Positions 11,340 through 25,772 are shown, counted from the first letter of the stretch. The stretch: 64,000 nucleotides of DNA from Octopus vulgaris (GCA_951406725.2 OX597815.1:199082001-199146000); one strand, 5' to 3'. The notes: generated from the sequence alone by a model not told the origin. A program made the numbers and translations.

Positions 11340-13600
11340 CAAGTCTTGTAAATATTATTACTCCGAGTTTCGTGCAAGTATTTTTCAACACAACTGAATT
11401 CATTATCTAAAAATATAGGTTTATAAAGATTAGAAATATTTGGGTCAAAGGGAGATATGTCATTACTGAGATTGCAACATTTAATATCGAACATTGTAGA
11501 CGACAAAGGGATTAGCTTGAGAGAATGGAAGCAAAATGGATGAAGTAAGAAAACAATGAGACGTACATACATAGACATAGTAAGATGGATCAGTGTTGTG
11601 TTCGTGAAAATAGAGCAAAATAAGAAAGCAAAGAAAGTGTGGAAGACGAGAAAACTTACTGGTATACAAGAGATAAATTGTATGAAGTGCTTCAATCACT
11701 GTATAAGATTGGATACAATGATATTTGTGGAGAATTGTTGAGTCTATTAAAGAGAAGTGCGAAAACAACTTAGGAAGGGGAAAAAAATGAATGAATATAG
11801 ATCGAGATTCCGAGAAGACATGAGAATGAATTTGGATTTATATAAAGTTGAATGGCAGAACAAGTAGGAAGTAAGAAATATTTGTCAAGTACAACAAAGA
11901 TATTGTACATATATATTAGAGAAAAGTGTAGAAGCGAATAATAGAATATTGTAAAGGAAGGCGAGACAGAGAGAGAGAGAGAGAAGAACCAGAGTTACAT
12001 TATGAAATAAAGCAAAGCAGAAATGTATAACTCTGAACATGGAAAGCAATAATTTACTGTTGCTTAAAATACAAATGATATAAAATATATTACAAATGGA
12101 GTGAAAATAAATTTAAAGATATACATGGTTCTCCAACCAGAATGAAATTCATTTTTAATACGTTAAAAAACAAACAAAAAGACGGTATCATACGTTTGAT
12201 GGCCCTCATTCTCCTGCAGAATGCATTTGAACAACACTTAGCTCTAAATGGAAAGAGAATGAAGTAGAAATGAAGGGCCATTTACGTTATGGAGAAATAT
12301 AAAGAAGAGAAAAAGTAAGGAGCAGTAAAAGATATAGGCCTAGGAATAAATCCTTTATATTAACAATACACAGAAAATAGCTGAATCGTTGTTTAAATAA
12401 ATGAATAAAATAAACTAGAATAGAATACAAATATGCTCCAGATTTCAGCAAATAGATTCGAGATCATTTAACATGATTGAGAAAAACTCATCACACAAGA
12501 TTTTACAGTCTTTTGCGAAATACCATTGAACAATATTTAGGTGAGAGCTTTTGGCACAAAATACGGATTAAGATAGGGAATTCTAAATCCATAGGATTCT
12601 TATCAAAGTTGGCAAAATTAAAAAAAAAATTGCACTAATAGAATTGTAGCGTATTGACTTGTGAATAGGATAAATTTCTTGGAGTGACCTTTTAAATGGC
12701 TTTGTTTTCACATTAGCTTATGCCTTGAATTCACCAAGTTTATGCGAAATGTAAAAACGAAGAACGTTTCGCATCCCCATAAACAGTACTATCAGGATTG
12801 TCCAGAATGTGATATAAGCAATTCTGCCACTCATCATAGCAATGCATAGTTGGTGTTATCTTCGTCTTTAGCCGATATACATAGTCAGAGAGACAGAACG
12901 AATTAGTGACATCCGTGTATCTGCCCTTAAATGTACATATCGTTAAGCTTAAATAGGTATTTTCTGTTAGTCTATAAACCCTACTTTGGTACAAGATATC
13001 CGCAATTTGTTGCGATATAAAATTTATGTGGGCACCATTTCTTTGAATGCGTTAAATGATGGAAGTCGGTTGTAGTTTCTATGGTTAATGATGGAAATTA
13101 GAATTTAAAGGTTACTCGCGAAGCTGTGATTTACAAAGTGATTTTGTTAACTATTTTCTGTAACGAATTTGGAAATTCTTCTGTGCCAAGCTTAAGAAAG
13201 TTCAGGTGATGTTGACTGCCACGCATAAGGAGGATTAGACCAGATAATACTTCGCTTGAGTAGTTTTAATGGTATTATAAGGTATTACGAGGTATTATAC
13301 ATCGTGTGTCTTCAAGGAATCGTCACTTTTGTAAAGAGTTATTATAAGAGGGCTGAAACATGATTAAAGACTTTTGCAACAAGAGATACAGTCACTCCTA
13401 TTATTCAATAGATTCTTTAAAACTACGGGAGAGAAATGAGGAAGATATTAATATATGTTAATTTTTCATTTAGCTTCCTTTAAAGTGAATATTTATCTGC
13501 CCATCGTTATATCTATAATACTGGCTCCATTGTTGTGGGTAATGATTCTAATTCTTCAGATAAACTCTTTAAATGAATTAGTTGGAACATTTATTAAGTG
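11340..13600 (+). mobile_element. Highly degenerate L1/Tx1-like LINE ORF2 remnant
   Basis: Long A-rich strand-biased block with traces of RT motifs in the expected order (about 12300-12350, 12450, 12565, and KFLGV at about 12672); no open frame. Confidence 0.4.
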
Positions 13601-13973
13601 ATATCCGTTCAAATGGCGAAAAATTAAGAAGCTTTCATCTTTATAATAACCGAAGCTTTGTAGATTGATATTGCTTCACACTGAGCGTAACTCCACAAAC
13701 ATCTCAAATAAACAAACGTCAGTTCCATCTTATGAGACCACATCAAATAATTCAGTTTCATCGGCGCTTTATCCATAACTACATCAAATAACTCATTACA
13801 ATTGCACTCTATCTAAACATTGTCTTCAAAAACAAGACCTTCCTTGCGTGCATGATGACGCTAATTTCAGAATAATAAATTAGTTTTTATCAAATTTTAA
13901 ACCATTTAGAAGCTTAGAAATGGAAGGTACAAATCAACTATACGATTTGTAGTCAATTTACAATTACATTGGG

Positions 13974-14187
13974 CGAGGGCTGAAAAATTCTTGGCTTTGG
14001 TTAAAAGAAAATGCAGGAGAATCAGTTAATTTATGATTTTATTCAACATATTCCCCTCTCAGATTCACACACTTATTGCAGCGCTCCTTCAGTTTTTCTA
14101 AGCTCTGTTACAGAACTTCGAAAGTTGGGCCTCCAATGATGTTTTTCGTGAAACCCCTAAAACCAGGAATTTTTCAGCAACCCCTCG
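13974..14187. mobile_element. Mariner-type MITE
   Basis: Imperfect TIRs CGAGGGCTGAAAAATTCTTGGCTTT / AAACCAGGAATTTTTCAGCAACCCCTCG followed by TA. Confidence 0.7.
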
Positions 14188-14877
14188 TATATTTAATTTT
14201 CTGTTTGATTAAATAAAATAATCACATTAGAACCGTTCCTCCTTAAATATAAATTCGTGGCCTGACAAATTTTAAAGATAATTTTGTTTAAAATATGTTT
14301 GTCAACGACAAATATTTCATTATTTTGGAAGGGTGATGAGAACATTTAGAGACAGCTTTAAAGTTATCCATAAAGTTTTTAGAAAGTGCGATTTGTGCGG
14401 CGTTAAACCTTCCTTTCGTTCATCTATTTTGGATTTGATTGCTTCTTTATAAACGTTCTTTATAAACGTTATGTATGCTTGAATTTTTTTGTTGTGTTTA
14501 TCAATATGTATTTTTGATGTTTCGAATAAGCCACGAATATGTAATAACCGTCAATCTAAGGAAGATTTTATTTTGCTTTATATGTGTTTGGGGTATTTTT
14601 GCTTTTCTTTTTGTTTGCTTTTGTAAGTAGGTAAGTGTTAATATGAGTAATGAACATTGCCTTTCTTCATCATCGCCACGGCAAACAGTAACACCAAGGA
14701 GTTAGCATATTGTGACAAAGTGAAGGTCAAATGTCACAATAAACGAATTTTTTTATGCTTTAAGAGCAAATATATACACACAACACATTCGATTAGACAT
14801 TCAAAGAAAAGAATTCATCGCTGCACTTGTTCACATATATGGCGATTAAATTATCAAGATACAAAAAAAAATTAATA

Positions 14878-15394
14878 TTGGGTTGTCTGGAACGTTCGTG
14901 CCGATTAATAGTAGCTTACATTTCGACTTATTTTAGAACATGGTTGAGTCCAGTACAGTTTCAGCTACTTTTGTGGAAGAAGGTTTATGTTCCTAGGACC
15001 TGTATTAAATCTGTAACCCTTTAAAATGGAAGATAAGACAGTTCATTTTCGGCACTTGATGCTTTGGGAACCAGACAAAAATTGCTGCAGCTCGGCTGGG
15101 ATGTGTTACCCCACCCTCCATATTCACTAGATATGGCTTCTTCGGATTTCCACTTATGCGGGTCTCTGCAGAATAGTCTTAATGGTAAAAATTTCAATTC
15201 CTTGGATGACGTGAAAAGAAACCATGAAACCACCTCAATTCTGAGAAGAGGGTATTTTCAAGTTAAAAGAAAGATGGAGATGCATTGTGCAACAAAATGG
15301 TTCATATTTGGTTGATTAAAAAATGTAATGGCAAGTATTTATTGACCTTTTTTCTTTCCTTTAAAAATCGGCACGAACTTTCCGGACAACCCAA
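14878..15394 (+). mobile_element. Internally deleted mariner transposon
   Basis: TIRs TTGGGTTGTCTGGAACGTTCGTGCCGATT / AATCGGCACGAACTTTCCGGACAACCCAA, TA on both sides; remnant LGWDVLPHPPYSLDMASSDFHL matches the YSPDLAPSD motif. Confidence 0.92.
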
Positions 15395-15735
15395 TATATT
15401 GTGGTCAGTGATAGAATTTTCCAAATCAAATTCTTTGCGGTCTGAATTATTTTATATCATAGTGGAAAATTTAAATGTCTTCTGTCATTTGATAAATTTG
15501 TAAACTGAGCTAATTTCGAAATACTATCACCGTATCAGATTTATTGTGGGGGAAAATGTATAAAATATCACAACGCTATCCGACGTACAGGTTAATTACC
15601 CAGCAATTTTATTGGAAGGCTGACTCTGAAATTCTTTGGAACTTTCAAAGTTGCCCGAGGTTATGTAAGTCTCTGATGCAGATTTAAAGTCCTTCTTAAT
15701 CTATATTTTAAATATGCATTATTTAATAGTAGATT

Positions 15736-16325
15736 AAGGTGGTGAGCTGCTAGAATCGTTATCTCGCCGAACTAAATGCTTTGCGGTATTTCGTCTGCCG
15801 CTACGTTCTGAGTTCAAATTCCACCGATGTCGACTTTGCCTTTCATCCTTTCGGGGTCGATTAAATAAGTACCAGTTACGCACTGGGGTCGATGTAATCG
15901 ACTTAATCCGTTTGTCTGTCCTTGTTTGTCCTCTCTGTGTTTAGCCCCTTGTGGGTAGTAAAGAAATAGGTATTTTCGTCTGCCGTTACGTTCTGAGTTC
16001 AAATTCCGCCGATGTCGACTTTGCCTTTCATCCTTTCGGGGTCGATAAATTAAGTACCAGTTGCGTACTGGGGTCGATATAATCGACTTAATCCGTTTGT
16101 CTGTCCTTGTTTGTCTCCTCTATGTTTAGCCCCTTGTGGGCAATAAAGAAATAGAAATAGGTATTTCGTCCGTCTATTCGTTCTGAGTTCAGATTCTGCC
16201 GAGGTCGACTTAAGCTTTTCATCTTTTCAGGGTCGATAAAATAATTACCAGTTGAGCACTGGGGTTGATGTAATTAATTTACCCCTCCTCCGAAAATCGC
16301 TGGCCTTGTGACAATATTTGAAACT
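15736..16325 (+). mobile_element. SINE family C, head-to-tail trimer
   Basis: Three units of about 190 bp (GGTATTTCGTC...GTTCAAATTCCGCCG...GGGGTCGAT) with one full head. Confidence 0.9.
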
Positions 16326-17762
16326 AGTATTTAAAGATAATTTTTAGAACTTACGAGCTTTATTTGACTAAATACATGTCACCTTGTAAGCCTGTGATTT
16401 AAATAAAGATTCATTTCTGCTAAAAAAAAGAGGAGAGGATTTAACCAGAAACTCGATAACAACTGCTTTTAATTGCAGTTTCAGCTTTTAATTGCAGTTT
16501 ATAATTACATGTTCTGTAGTAGTTAAGTGATTTATTTTATGTTCATAAATATGTGTGTGTATGTGTGTTTCTTTGTGTGCGTGCTTGCGCATGTGGGTGT
16601 CTACACGGATATCCACGCACACACACATACAAACAAACATTTATACTTGTTGTATGTACAGGCATACGTGTTTGCGTTGCGTGTTTGTGTGTATGCTGGT
16701 GTGTATATACTGTATTTTCCAAATACTCAACCTAACGATGTCCAAAAAGAGTTAATCTACTTCAAAATTGTGAGGATTCGTAAAGATTAAAGAGAAAATG
16801 CGAGAGTGGAAGACAAGAGAAGAACGAGAAAGCAGAAAAACATAATAGAAAATACCTTCAGGTTGTGTGGTATATCACACAAACCAGGAGAGTATCCATT
16901 AAAGCAAAAGCCATATTAATGAACATTTGTTATCAAGTCTGATGCTTCAACGCGCATCCATGTGTTTTTTTGTTATGAAAGGACGTTTTGTGCCAAGATT
17001 TGATAATTCATTATTGATTTAGAAACGTAACTCTGGCAAGGTTAGGTCTTATAAAATCGCATACACATGCATAGACACACGTATGCGTGATCAAACTTAT
17101 ATACACATATAAACAGACATATGCATACGAGCATACATACACACGCACACCACACAGACATACGGATACGCAGATACGACATGTACAAACACAAAAATCG
17201 ATCTCTCTTTGCCTCGCTGCTCAATAACACTTTGGACACAGATTCAAGATTACCCAGTCACTCACTGGCGAGCCACGTCGTGAGATCTATGAGATAATGA
17301 AAGTAAAGAAGTAACAAAAGTTAGTTTTGTTATCATGATAGAGAGAGAGGAGGAGGGCGAGATACTCACACAGAGACACAGACAGACACACACTCACATG
17401 GATACACACAGACACACACTCATACAGATACACACAGACACACACACACACACGCACTCACATAGACAAATATTCACACAGACACACAGAGACAGAGACA
17501 GAGACACAGAGAAACAGAGAGACAGAGAGACAGAGAAAGAGGAAGAGAGAAGGGAAAAGGGAGAGCAAGAGATAGGGAAAAAGAGAGACGAGATCGAGCG
17601 AGCGAGACAGAGAGAGAGACAGAGAGACAGAGAGAGACAGAGAGGCTGATAGAGAGAGACGAGAGACCCAGATAGTGAGAAAGATAGGAAGCATTGGTGG
17701 GATGGCGTATGGAAGAACGATAATGAAAATAAATGTAAGAAACAGAGAAAGAAGGAGCGAAG

Positions 17763-17799
<37 letters not shown>

Positions 17800-18344
17800 T
17801 GGAAACGAGTAATAAAAACAGCGTGGACATACCCTGAACCCTTAATCCACAAGGGAAAGTAAGCAGAAATGTAATCAAAACTAAAGAAACTTTTCTCGTT
17901 TCCTTCGTTTTTTCCTTTATCCTTCTTTTTGATAGATTATTCTTGCGCCTGAGTATTAAAGTCAGTGTGCGCGTATGTGTGAGAGAGACAGCGAGAGAGA
18001 AAAAGTGTGTGTCTGTATACGTGTTGTATGTACCTGTACGTTTCTTTGATTTGTTTGTGTGGGTGTATATGTTCATGTAAGGTTTTATATATACTCGTGT
18101 ATATTTGATTCGTTGGTAGGGTTTGGTTTTGTTCTTTTCTTTCGTTCAGGTTCGGACACGGCCACCAAAAACAATATCAACGCTTTCTGTAGATGACAGA
18201 GAATCAGAGAACTTCGTCAATAATTGATACAAGTTTTTGGGATGTTAGCTTCGTTACTGGTTTATTCAGCGACATATACATATGTACAAATATCTACACA
18301 TTCACAGTACATAATTACACACGTGTATATATATATATATATGT

Positions 18345-18385
<41 letters not shown>

Positions 18386-18562
18386 TGTATATATATATAT
18401 TTGTATATACATGTGAGATGCGTATATATATATTCATACATATATATATATGTATCTATATACATACATATACATATATATAAATGCTCTAATATCTATA
18501 CAGCCTTGGTTGTTTATCTCATTACGCAAAACATTCGTATATATATATATGCCCATATATGC

Positions 18563-18598
<36 letters not shown>

Positions 18599-19114
18599 CT
18601 GTATATATGTATGCATGTATGTATGTATGTATGCATATGTATATGTATGCATATGTATATGTATGCATATGTAGAGGATTTGTACCGAACCTTCTCGATG
18701 AAAGGTATAAAAATCATATTCTTGGAGAACAAACGCAACTCTATAATTCATATGCTACAAATGATAGCGATATCTGAAACAATAAATAACTGAGAGTCCT
18801 TAATATCTAAGAAGGGAATGTTTACTTTAAAGGATGATGTGAAGTCCAAGAAGGCGTTTGAAAATCATATTTTCACTGCCATCTAGCTACCAAGCCAATG
18901 GCCCTTCAACAAATGTTAGGAGGAGGAAACAGATATATGAATACATGTATGCTTCCATAATATATACGTGTATATTTACATATATATATATGCATACATC
19001 TTTAGTGGGGTGCAAATAAAGGATATAGTATCTTTGACTTGAGACTGTTTACCACGTTACACTTTGAAGGTTATGTTCTCGTATTAATAGAGCAGGAGAT
19101 AGCAGCGAAATATG

Positions 19115-20335
19115 TAATGAACAGCAAAGAGTGTATGGCCCTTAAACCTCAAAAATGGCAACCAGAAATTTCAATTATGTCACATTTCTGTGGGGATATA
19201 TTTCATGTTATTAACAGATATCAGCCCTAAAATAACATGAAGATACTACCTCTAAATACATCATGATGTTGTTGCCCAAATAATGTACGACACCGTCCAC
19301 GGGAAAGAATACATATGGAATATATATAGCCATTATCCCTTTTATTGAAATATGTTCATACAACACAGAGTATAGTGAGAAAACGTTCGTATTAAAATAG
19401 AAATATTACATTTCTAAATATCTCAGGGAGATATAAGCAGTGGTGGTACGATAGAGCAGTGAAACAAGTAAAAGAGTAAAAGAGTAAAGAGTACATTCTT
19501 GATAATATTTAATTATAAAAACGTAGTTGGATTTTTTTTTATATGCATCGAATGACTACGGAGGTTCAGAAGAGTAAAATAGGAATCAAAGAAGCCAATA
19601 AGCAAGAAATGGTGACATACTAATGAGATGGGGACATGTTTTAAGAATGTTATAGAGATTGCTGAAACAAGATAGACAAAATCTGGGAACATTTATTGAC
19701 AGATTATGGTCACGAAATATGGTTTAGTGCGGGTGGAAATCAAATATGAACAGCAAAGAGTGTATGGCCCTTAAACCTCAAAAAGGCAACCAGAAATTTC
19801 AATTATATCGCATTCTGTGGGGATATATTACACGTTATTACCAGATATCAGCCCTTAAAATAACATGAAGATACTACCTCTAAATACATCATGATGTTGT
19901 TGCGCAAACAAGGTACAACACCGTCCACGGGAAAGAATACATATGGAATAAATATAGCCATTATCCCCTTTGGTGGAAGCACATGGCGTAGTGGTTAGAG
20001 TAGCGGACTCGCGGTCGAGGGAACGCGTGTTCGAGTCTCAGACCGAGCGATGTGTGTGTTTATGAGCGAAACACCTAAGCTCCACTCAGCTCTGGCGGAA
20101 GGAAATGGTTAACTTCAGCTGACTCGTTCGCCACAACTTTCTCTCACTCCTTCCTCCTGCATCTTACAGCTCACCTGCGACGGACCAGCGTCTCGTTCAG
20201 GTGGGGAACCTATACGCCAAGGAAACCGGGAAACCGGCCCTTATGAGCTAGGTATGGCTCGAGGGGGAACATTATCCTCTTTATTGAAATACGTTCATGC
20301 AACACAGAATATAGTGCGAAAACGTTCGTATTAAA
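19115..20335 (+). repeat. Local direct duplication (19115-19397 and 19747-20335)
   Basis: About 280 bp repeated with few differences; the second copy is interrupted by a SINE. Confidence 0.9.
19973..20269 (+). mobile_element. SINE family A2
   Basis: tRNA-like head; flanked by target duplication CATTATCC(C/T)CTTT. Confidence 0.88.
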
Positions 20336-20919
20336 TCATTCTCTAAATGGAGATGTCTCTTGCATTTGTTCGCTGAACATCTAGCATCAAAGTCAAAAGA
20401 AAAGTGAACAAACTGAAGTTAAAATTGCAACATATAGTAAATGAGAAGAGGCACTTCTTTTCTTTACTTCACCGTAGATGAAGATTTTATGGTTTGCAAT
20501 TACATCTGTAGACGTTTCTCCAAATGGTACTACAAGAATATCGGCCATAAAATGGGTATTTTTTATAGTCAGTTTCACCAGAAGCCTGAAATGTATTTCA
20601 TTGCACAATGAAAACTTCTATGCATATTTATCAATTAATCTTTCAATTAAACTTGAAGAAGAATATAAACATGTTAGCATTAATTCTCATACAGAAATAG
20701 TTCTATAATAAACACATGTAGCTTATTTGCTCTGATCAGAAGATGGTGAATTTCTTGCGTGCACAGCAAAGTAGGTACATTAAATACACGTGTTCAATAT
20801 GCTTCGGGGACAGTAAAGCAAAGCAAGACCATTGGAAGATATAGCATAACTTTCAAGGGAGACAAAAGCTGTACGTACGGTGAATATCATTAACGGTCTG
20901 TTATTTCAGAGGGAAAATA

Positions 20920-21525
20920 TGACCAGCTGGCAGAGGTTGTTATAGCAACGCGTCGGACAAAATGCTTAGTCGCATTTTCTCGTCTGTAAGTTCCGAGTTC
21001 TAATCCCGCAACGGTCGATTTTGCCTTTCAGTATTTCGGAGTCGATGAAATAAGTATCATTTGAGTACTAGTGTAGATATGTGGAGGCGCAATGGCCCAG
21101 TGGTTAGGGCAGTGGACTCGCGGTCGTAGGATCGCGGTTTCGATTCCCAGACCGGGCGTTGTGAGTGTTTATTGAGCGAAAACACCTAAAGCTCCACGAG
21201 GCTCCGACAGGGGATGGTGGTGATCCCTGCTGTACTCTTTCACCACAACTTTCTCTCACTCATACTTCCTGTTTCTGTTGTACCTGTATTTCAAAGGACC
21301 GGCCTTGTCACTCTCTGTGTCACACTGAATATCCTCGAGAACTACGTTAAGGGTACACGTGCTCAGCCACTTACACGTTAATTTCACGAGCAGGCTGTTC
21401 CGTTGATTCGGATCAACCGGAACCCTCATCGTCGTAACCGATGGAGTGCTTCCATATAGTGTAGATATAATCTCACAAAATTTCTCTCACAGAATTTCAG
21501 AGGTTGAGTCTATAGTAGGATAATT
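20920..21525 (+). mobile_element. SINE family C split by a family A SINE
   Basis: Family C body at 20925-21080 resumes after 21455. Confidence 0.7.
21081..21454 (+). mobile_element. SINE family A
   Basis: GGAGGCGCAATGGCCCAGTGG head and GGTTTCGATTCC B box; 12-bp target duplication TAGTGTAGATAT. Confidence 0.92.
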
Positions 21526-21703
21526 TTAAAAGGAAAATAATTTTTTCACTCCCCTCTTTATGAATCTTGGACTGATGAAGCAATTTGTTTTTAACAAAAG
21601 GTACAAGATCACTTCGAGTACCTTTTTTTTTACGGCACCTTATATTCGTAAACACATCAAAGATTTCTTTTATCAAAATAAATTCCTACTAAGTGTAGTT
21701 ATT

Positions 21704-21917
21704 CTTTTCTAATCTAGACACAAGGTCCGAATTTTCGGGGAGGGGCCATTCAATTAGATGGACCCCAGTACGCAACTGGTACTTAATTTATCGACCTTGA
21801 AAGGATGAAAAGCAAGGTCGACCTCAGCGGAATTTGAACTCAGAACATAAAGACAGACGAAATACCGCTAAGTATTTTCACTCGGCGTGCTAACGTTTCT
21901 GCCAGCTCGCCGCCTTG
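21704..21917 (-). mobile_element. SINE family C
   Basis: Full monomer; target duplication CTAAGTGTAGTTATT. Confidence 0.9.
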
Positions 21918-21961
21918 CTAAGTGTAGTTATTAATAACTTCTTCGGTAATAAGAAAACAGT

Positions 21962-22340
21962 TACTCTCTCTTTTACTCTTTTATTTGTTTCAGTCATTTG
22001 ACTGTGGCCATGCTGGAGCACCGCCTTTAGTCGAGCAACTCTGTAAGCTCAGTACCTATTCTATCGGTCTCTTTTGCCGAACCGCAAAGTAACGGGGACG
22101 TAACCAAACCAGCATCGGTTGTCAAGCAATGCTAGGGGGACAAACACACACACACAAACATATACACACACACTTATATATATATACATATATACGACAG
22201 GTTTCTTTCAGTTTCCGTCTACCAAATCCACTCACAAGGCATTGGTCGGCCCGAGGCTATAGCAGAAGACACTTGCCCAAGATGGCACGCAGTGGGACTG
22301 AACCCGGAACCATGTGATTGGTTAGCAAGCTACTTACCAC
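21962..22340 (-). mobile_element. SINE family B (internal TA/TG microsatellite, GAGTAAA tail)
   Basis: Reverse complement of 31748-32205. Confidence 0.9.
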
Positions 22341-23124
22341 ACAGCCACTCCTGCGCCTATGAACAATTGGTGAAAAGATACTCAATGACTTTGGAAATGT
22401 AAGTGCCAATATGAAATGGATAATAGTTTTTCCCTAATATACATCACGATGGCCTCACTAGCCTGAGCATACTCAATAATGAACTACTTCCTTCAAATCC
22501 AAAGAACATTTTATTCTCTTCTTTGTGAAAAGGCTATCGTATAGTTATTTATATAACTATTTCTATATTTCAATTTTATACACGGCTAATAAAACAGAAA
22601 GGTAATACAAAAAGTAAATACAAATATGAACCTAAAAGTACATTTCTTCCGTAACTGATTGGACAGATTTCCAGATAAATTTGGAAACATCAATGAGAAA
22701 CATGTTGAGAGATCCTTGCAGGATATAAGTGAAAGATATCAGGAAAGGTGAGACAAAGACTTGATGACCAAATGCTGCTGGGACATTGAACGTAAATGTC
22801 CTAATAAACCACACAAAAGAAAATTTTGGAAGCAACGTTTTCTTATGAAGGAGTGATTGATAATTTTTTTATATAATTAATTAACTAATGTTGTATTGTC
22901 TTGTATATTATGACTGTATAAGATATCATGCGACTCTCAGTGTCACCATTTGTTTTTATGATATCTCTGAGTGAAATATATATATATTATAACAAACCAG
23001 CAACAGATGAACCGTTTATAATTGATATATCACTCAAAGGTATTACATAAACAAATGAGAAATCTTGAAGTAGAAAATTCTGGACATTCTCTTTTTCACT
23101 AACCTCTCTCTTTCTCTCTCTCTC

Positions 23125-23187
<63 letters not shown>

Positions 23188-23251
23188 GTATATGTGTGTA
23201 TGTGTATGTATGTATGTATATATGTATAATTTTATCTCTCCCTCTCTCTCC

Positions 23252-23292
<41 letters not shown>

Positions 23293-23864
23293 CGTGTGTG
23301 TGTGTGTGTGTACGTGTATGTCGGTGTACATATACCGGCACACATGTATGTATTTGTATATGGATATAAATATCCTGCGTACTCATACATACATACTCAT
23401 ACACACTCTTTCTTTCTTGCACACATTTATAAATACACACTCACATACATATATACACACACACATACATACATACATACATACATACATACATACATAC
23501 ATACATGCATACATACACACGTGTATACGTATAAGAATCCAACGAAGCATCGCGGTGATCAGCGTTGACCTGGGCTAAAAGACAGAAACCAACGACAAAT
23601 ATAAAATCATGAATGTGCGATGAAAATGTGTGCGCGAATATGTACGTATGGCCTATCGGTGCATATGTGTGTATGAGTGTGCGTGTGCATGTGTACGTGT
23701 GTGTGTGTGCGTGTCTGTATGCGAGCGTGTGTCCGTGTGTGTGCGTCTGTGCTAGTCTACGCGTATACTCAGACAAATTAGTAATCTCATTAATTCCCAC
23801 TCGGGTGAAATGAAGATTCAGACATCAAATGTCAGAATATTTCCCTTGATTTCGTCATAGATAC

Positions 23865-23920
<56 letters not shown>

Positions 23921-24011
23921 ATACACATATAATATATGTATGTATATACACATATAATATACGTATGTATATACACATATAATATATGTATGTATATACA
24001 CATATAATATA

Positions 24012-24046
<35 letters not shown>

Positions 24047-24309
24047 GTTTACGCTCTCATAATTTTTTTTTAGTAATCGGCTGTAAACATCATTTGTTGA
24101 TTAGATTTATTAATTTCATGGGTGAAAAATTAGGATTCTGGTACACGACTTATGTCTGGGTCTCTCTTCATTTCTCGATATTTGTTTTATTTTATTTTAT
24201 TTTTCTTTCTTTGTCAGATAATCCAATGACTCATTATAAAGGGATCATAAAAATCGGCTGATGTCCCATCAGAATATTACTGGTATGTTGTTATATCTAT
24301 GGATAATAA

Positions 24310-24525
24310 TCCTTTCTGTTATAGGCACAATGCCTGACATTTTAGGGGAGGGGCAAGTAGATTACATCAACCCCAGTAGTCAAATGGTACTTAACTTATC
24401 GACCTCACCGAAAGGATGAAAGGCAAAATTGACCTCGGCGGAATTTGAACACAGTACTTAGCGGCCGACGAAATACTGCTAAGCATTTCGCCCGGCATGC
24501 AACCGGTTCTGCCAGCACGCCGCCT
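24310..24525 (-). mobile_element. SINE family C
   Basis: Similarity to other copies; degenerate target duplication ATATCT.TG.ATAATAAT. Confidence 0.85.
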
Positions 24526-24842
24526 GATATATCTCTGCATAATAATGAATATATGATGAGTCATTAAAAGTCGAAACTACGAGCACAAGTCTCTGTGTGC
24601 TTATTAATATATGCACATGCGTATATTACCTTACTTGATTTGGTGACCTTTAGTTTTAATATTTGCATTATGTATTTGAATTATAGAAGCTTTGTTTTCT
24701 ATGTATGCATATATGTATGTATGTATATCCTTATTCAGTTTTATTTCGCGATTTCTGGCCAATAGAGAAAGAGACGGTTTCTAACCTACTTAATCCAAGG
24801 TTTCTTCATTGGAATGTCAACCACATCAACAGGGTATTTTTG

Positions 24843-25458
24843 CATGTATGTATGTGTGTATGTATGTAAGTATGTATGAATGTGTGTATGTATGTATGTA
24901 TGTATGTATGTATGTATGTATGTATGTATGTATGTGTGTATGTATGTATGTATGTATGTATGTATGTATGTATGTATGTATGTATGTATGTGTGTATGTA
25001 TGTATGTATGTATGTGTGTATGTATGTATGTATGTATGTATGTATGTATGTATGTATGTATGTATGTATGTATGTATGTATGTATGTATGTATGTATGTA
25101 TGTATGTATGTATGTATGTATGTATGTATGTATGTATGTATGTATGTATGTATGTATGTATGTATGTATGTATGTATGTATGTATGTATGTATGTATGTA
25201 TGTATGTATGTATGTATGTATGTATGTATGTATGTATGTATGTATGTATGTATGTATGTATGTATGTATGTATGTATGTATGTATGTATGTATGTATGTA
25301 TGTATGTATGTATGTATGTATGTATGTATGTATGTATGTATGTATGTATGTATGTATGTATGTATGTATGTATGTATGTATGTATGTATGTATGTATGTA
25401 TGTATGTATGTATGTATGTATGTATGTATGTATGTATGTATGTATGTATGTATGTATG

Positions 25459-25489
<31 letters not shown>

Positions 25490-25580
25490 GTATGTATGAA
25501 TGTATGTATGTATGTATGTATGTATGTATGTATGTATGTATGTATGTATGTATGTATGTATGTATGTATGTATGTATGTA
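24843..25580. repeat. Near-perfect (TATG)n microsatellite, about 740 bp
   Basis: Directly visible. Confidence 0.98.
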
Positions 25581-25705
25581 TACGTACAGATTTGTCTGTT
25601 TCGTTTTATATATGCATATACTTCCATATCTTGTCATGCTCATATATACTGAAATGATAAACTTCTAGAAAGTTTTACAGTTTTTTACTGCTCCCTGTCT
25701 CTGTC

Positions 25706-25772
<67 letters not shown>

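Larger units (their letters stand above)
20340..22900 (+). mobile_element. Fossil Chapaev-type (CMC) transposase, fragmented by nested insertions
   Basis: Fragments LICSDQKMVNFLRAQQSRYIKYTCSICFGDSKAKQDHWK (about 20722-20840), NLGLMKQFV (about 21563) and MNLKVHFFRN*LDRFPDKFGNINEKHVERSLQDISERYQ...CCWTL (22626-22790) resemble Chapaev transposase motifs in order. Confidence 0.75.

Noticed and set aside
21083-21155. tRNA-like sequences with A and B boxes (many copies)
   Set aside because: Each continues into a shared SINE body with target duplications, so they are SINE heads and not tRNA genes
21572-21595. CTGATGA motif
   Set aside because: Lies in the Chapaev GLMKQF codons, with no stem II or GAAA partner
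24786-25668. Long ORFs such as (YIHT)n and (MYVC)n, and the poly-I/N/H/L ORFs at 40164-43371
   Set aside because: Translations of microsatellites that lack stop codons; no sign of real coding sequence
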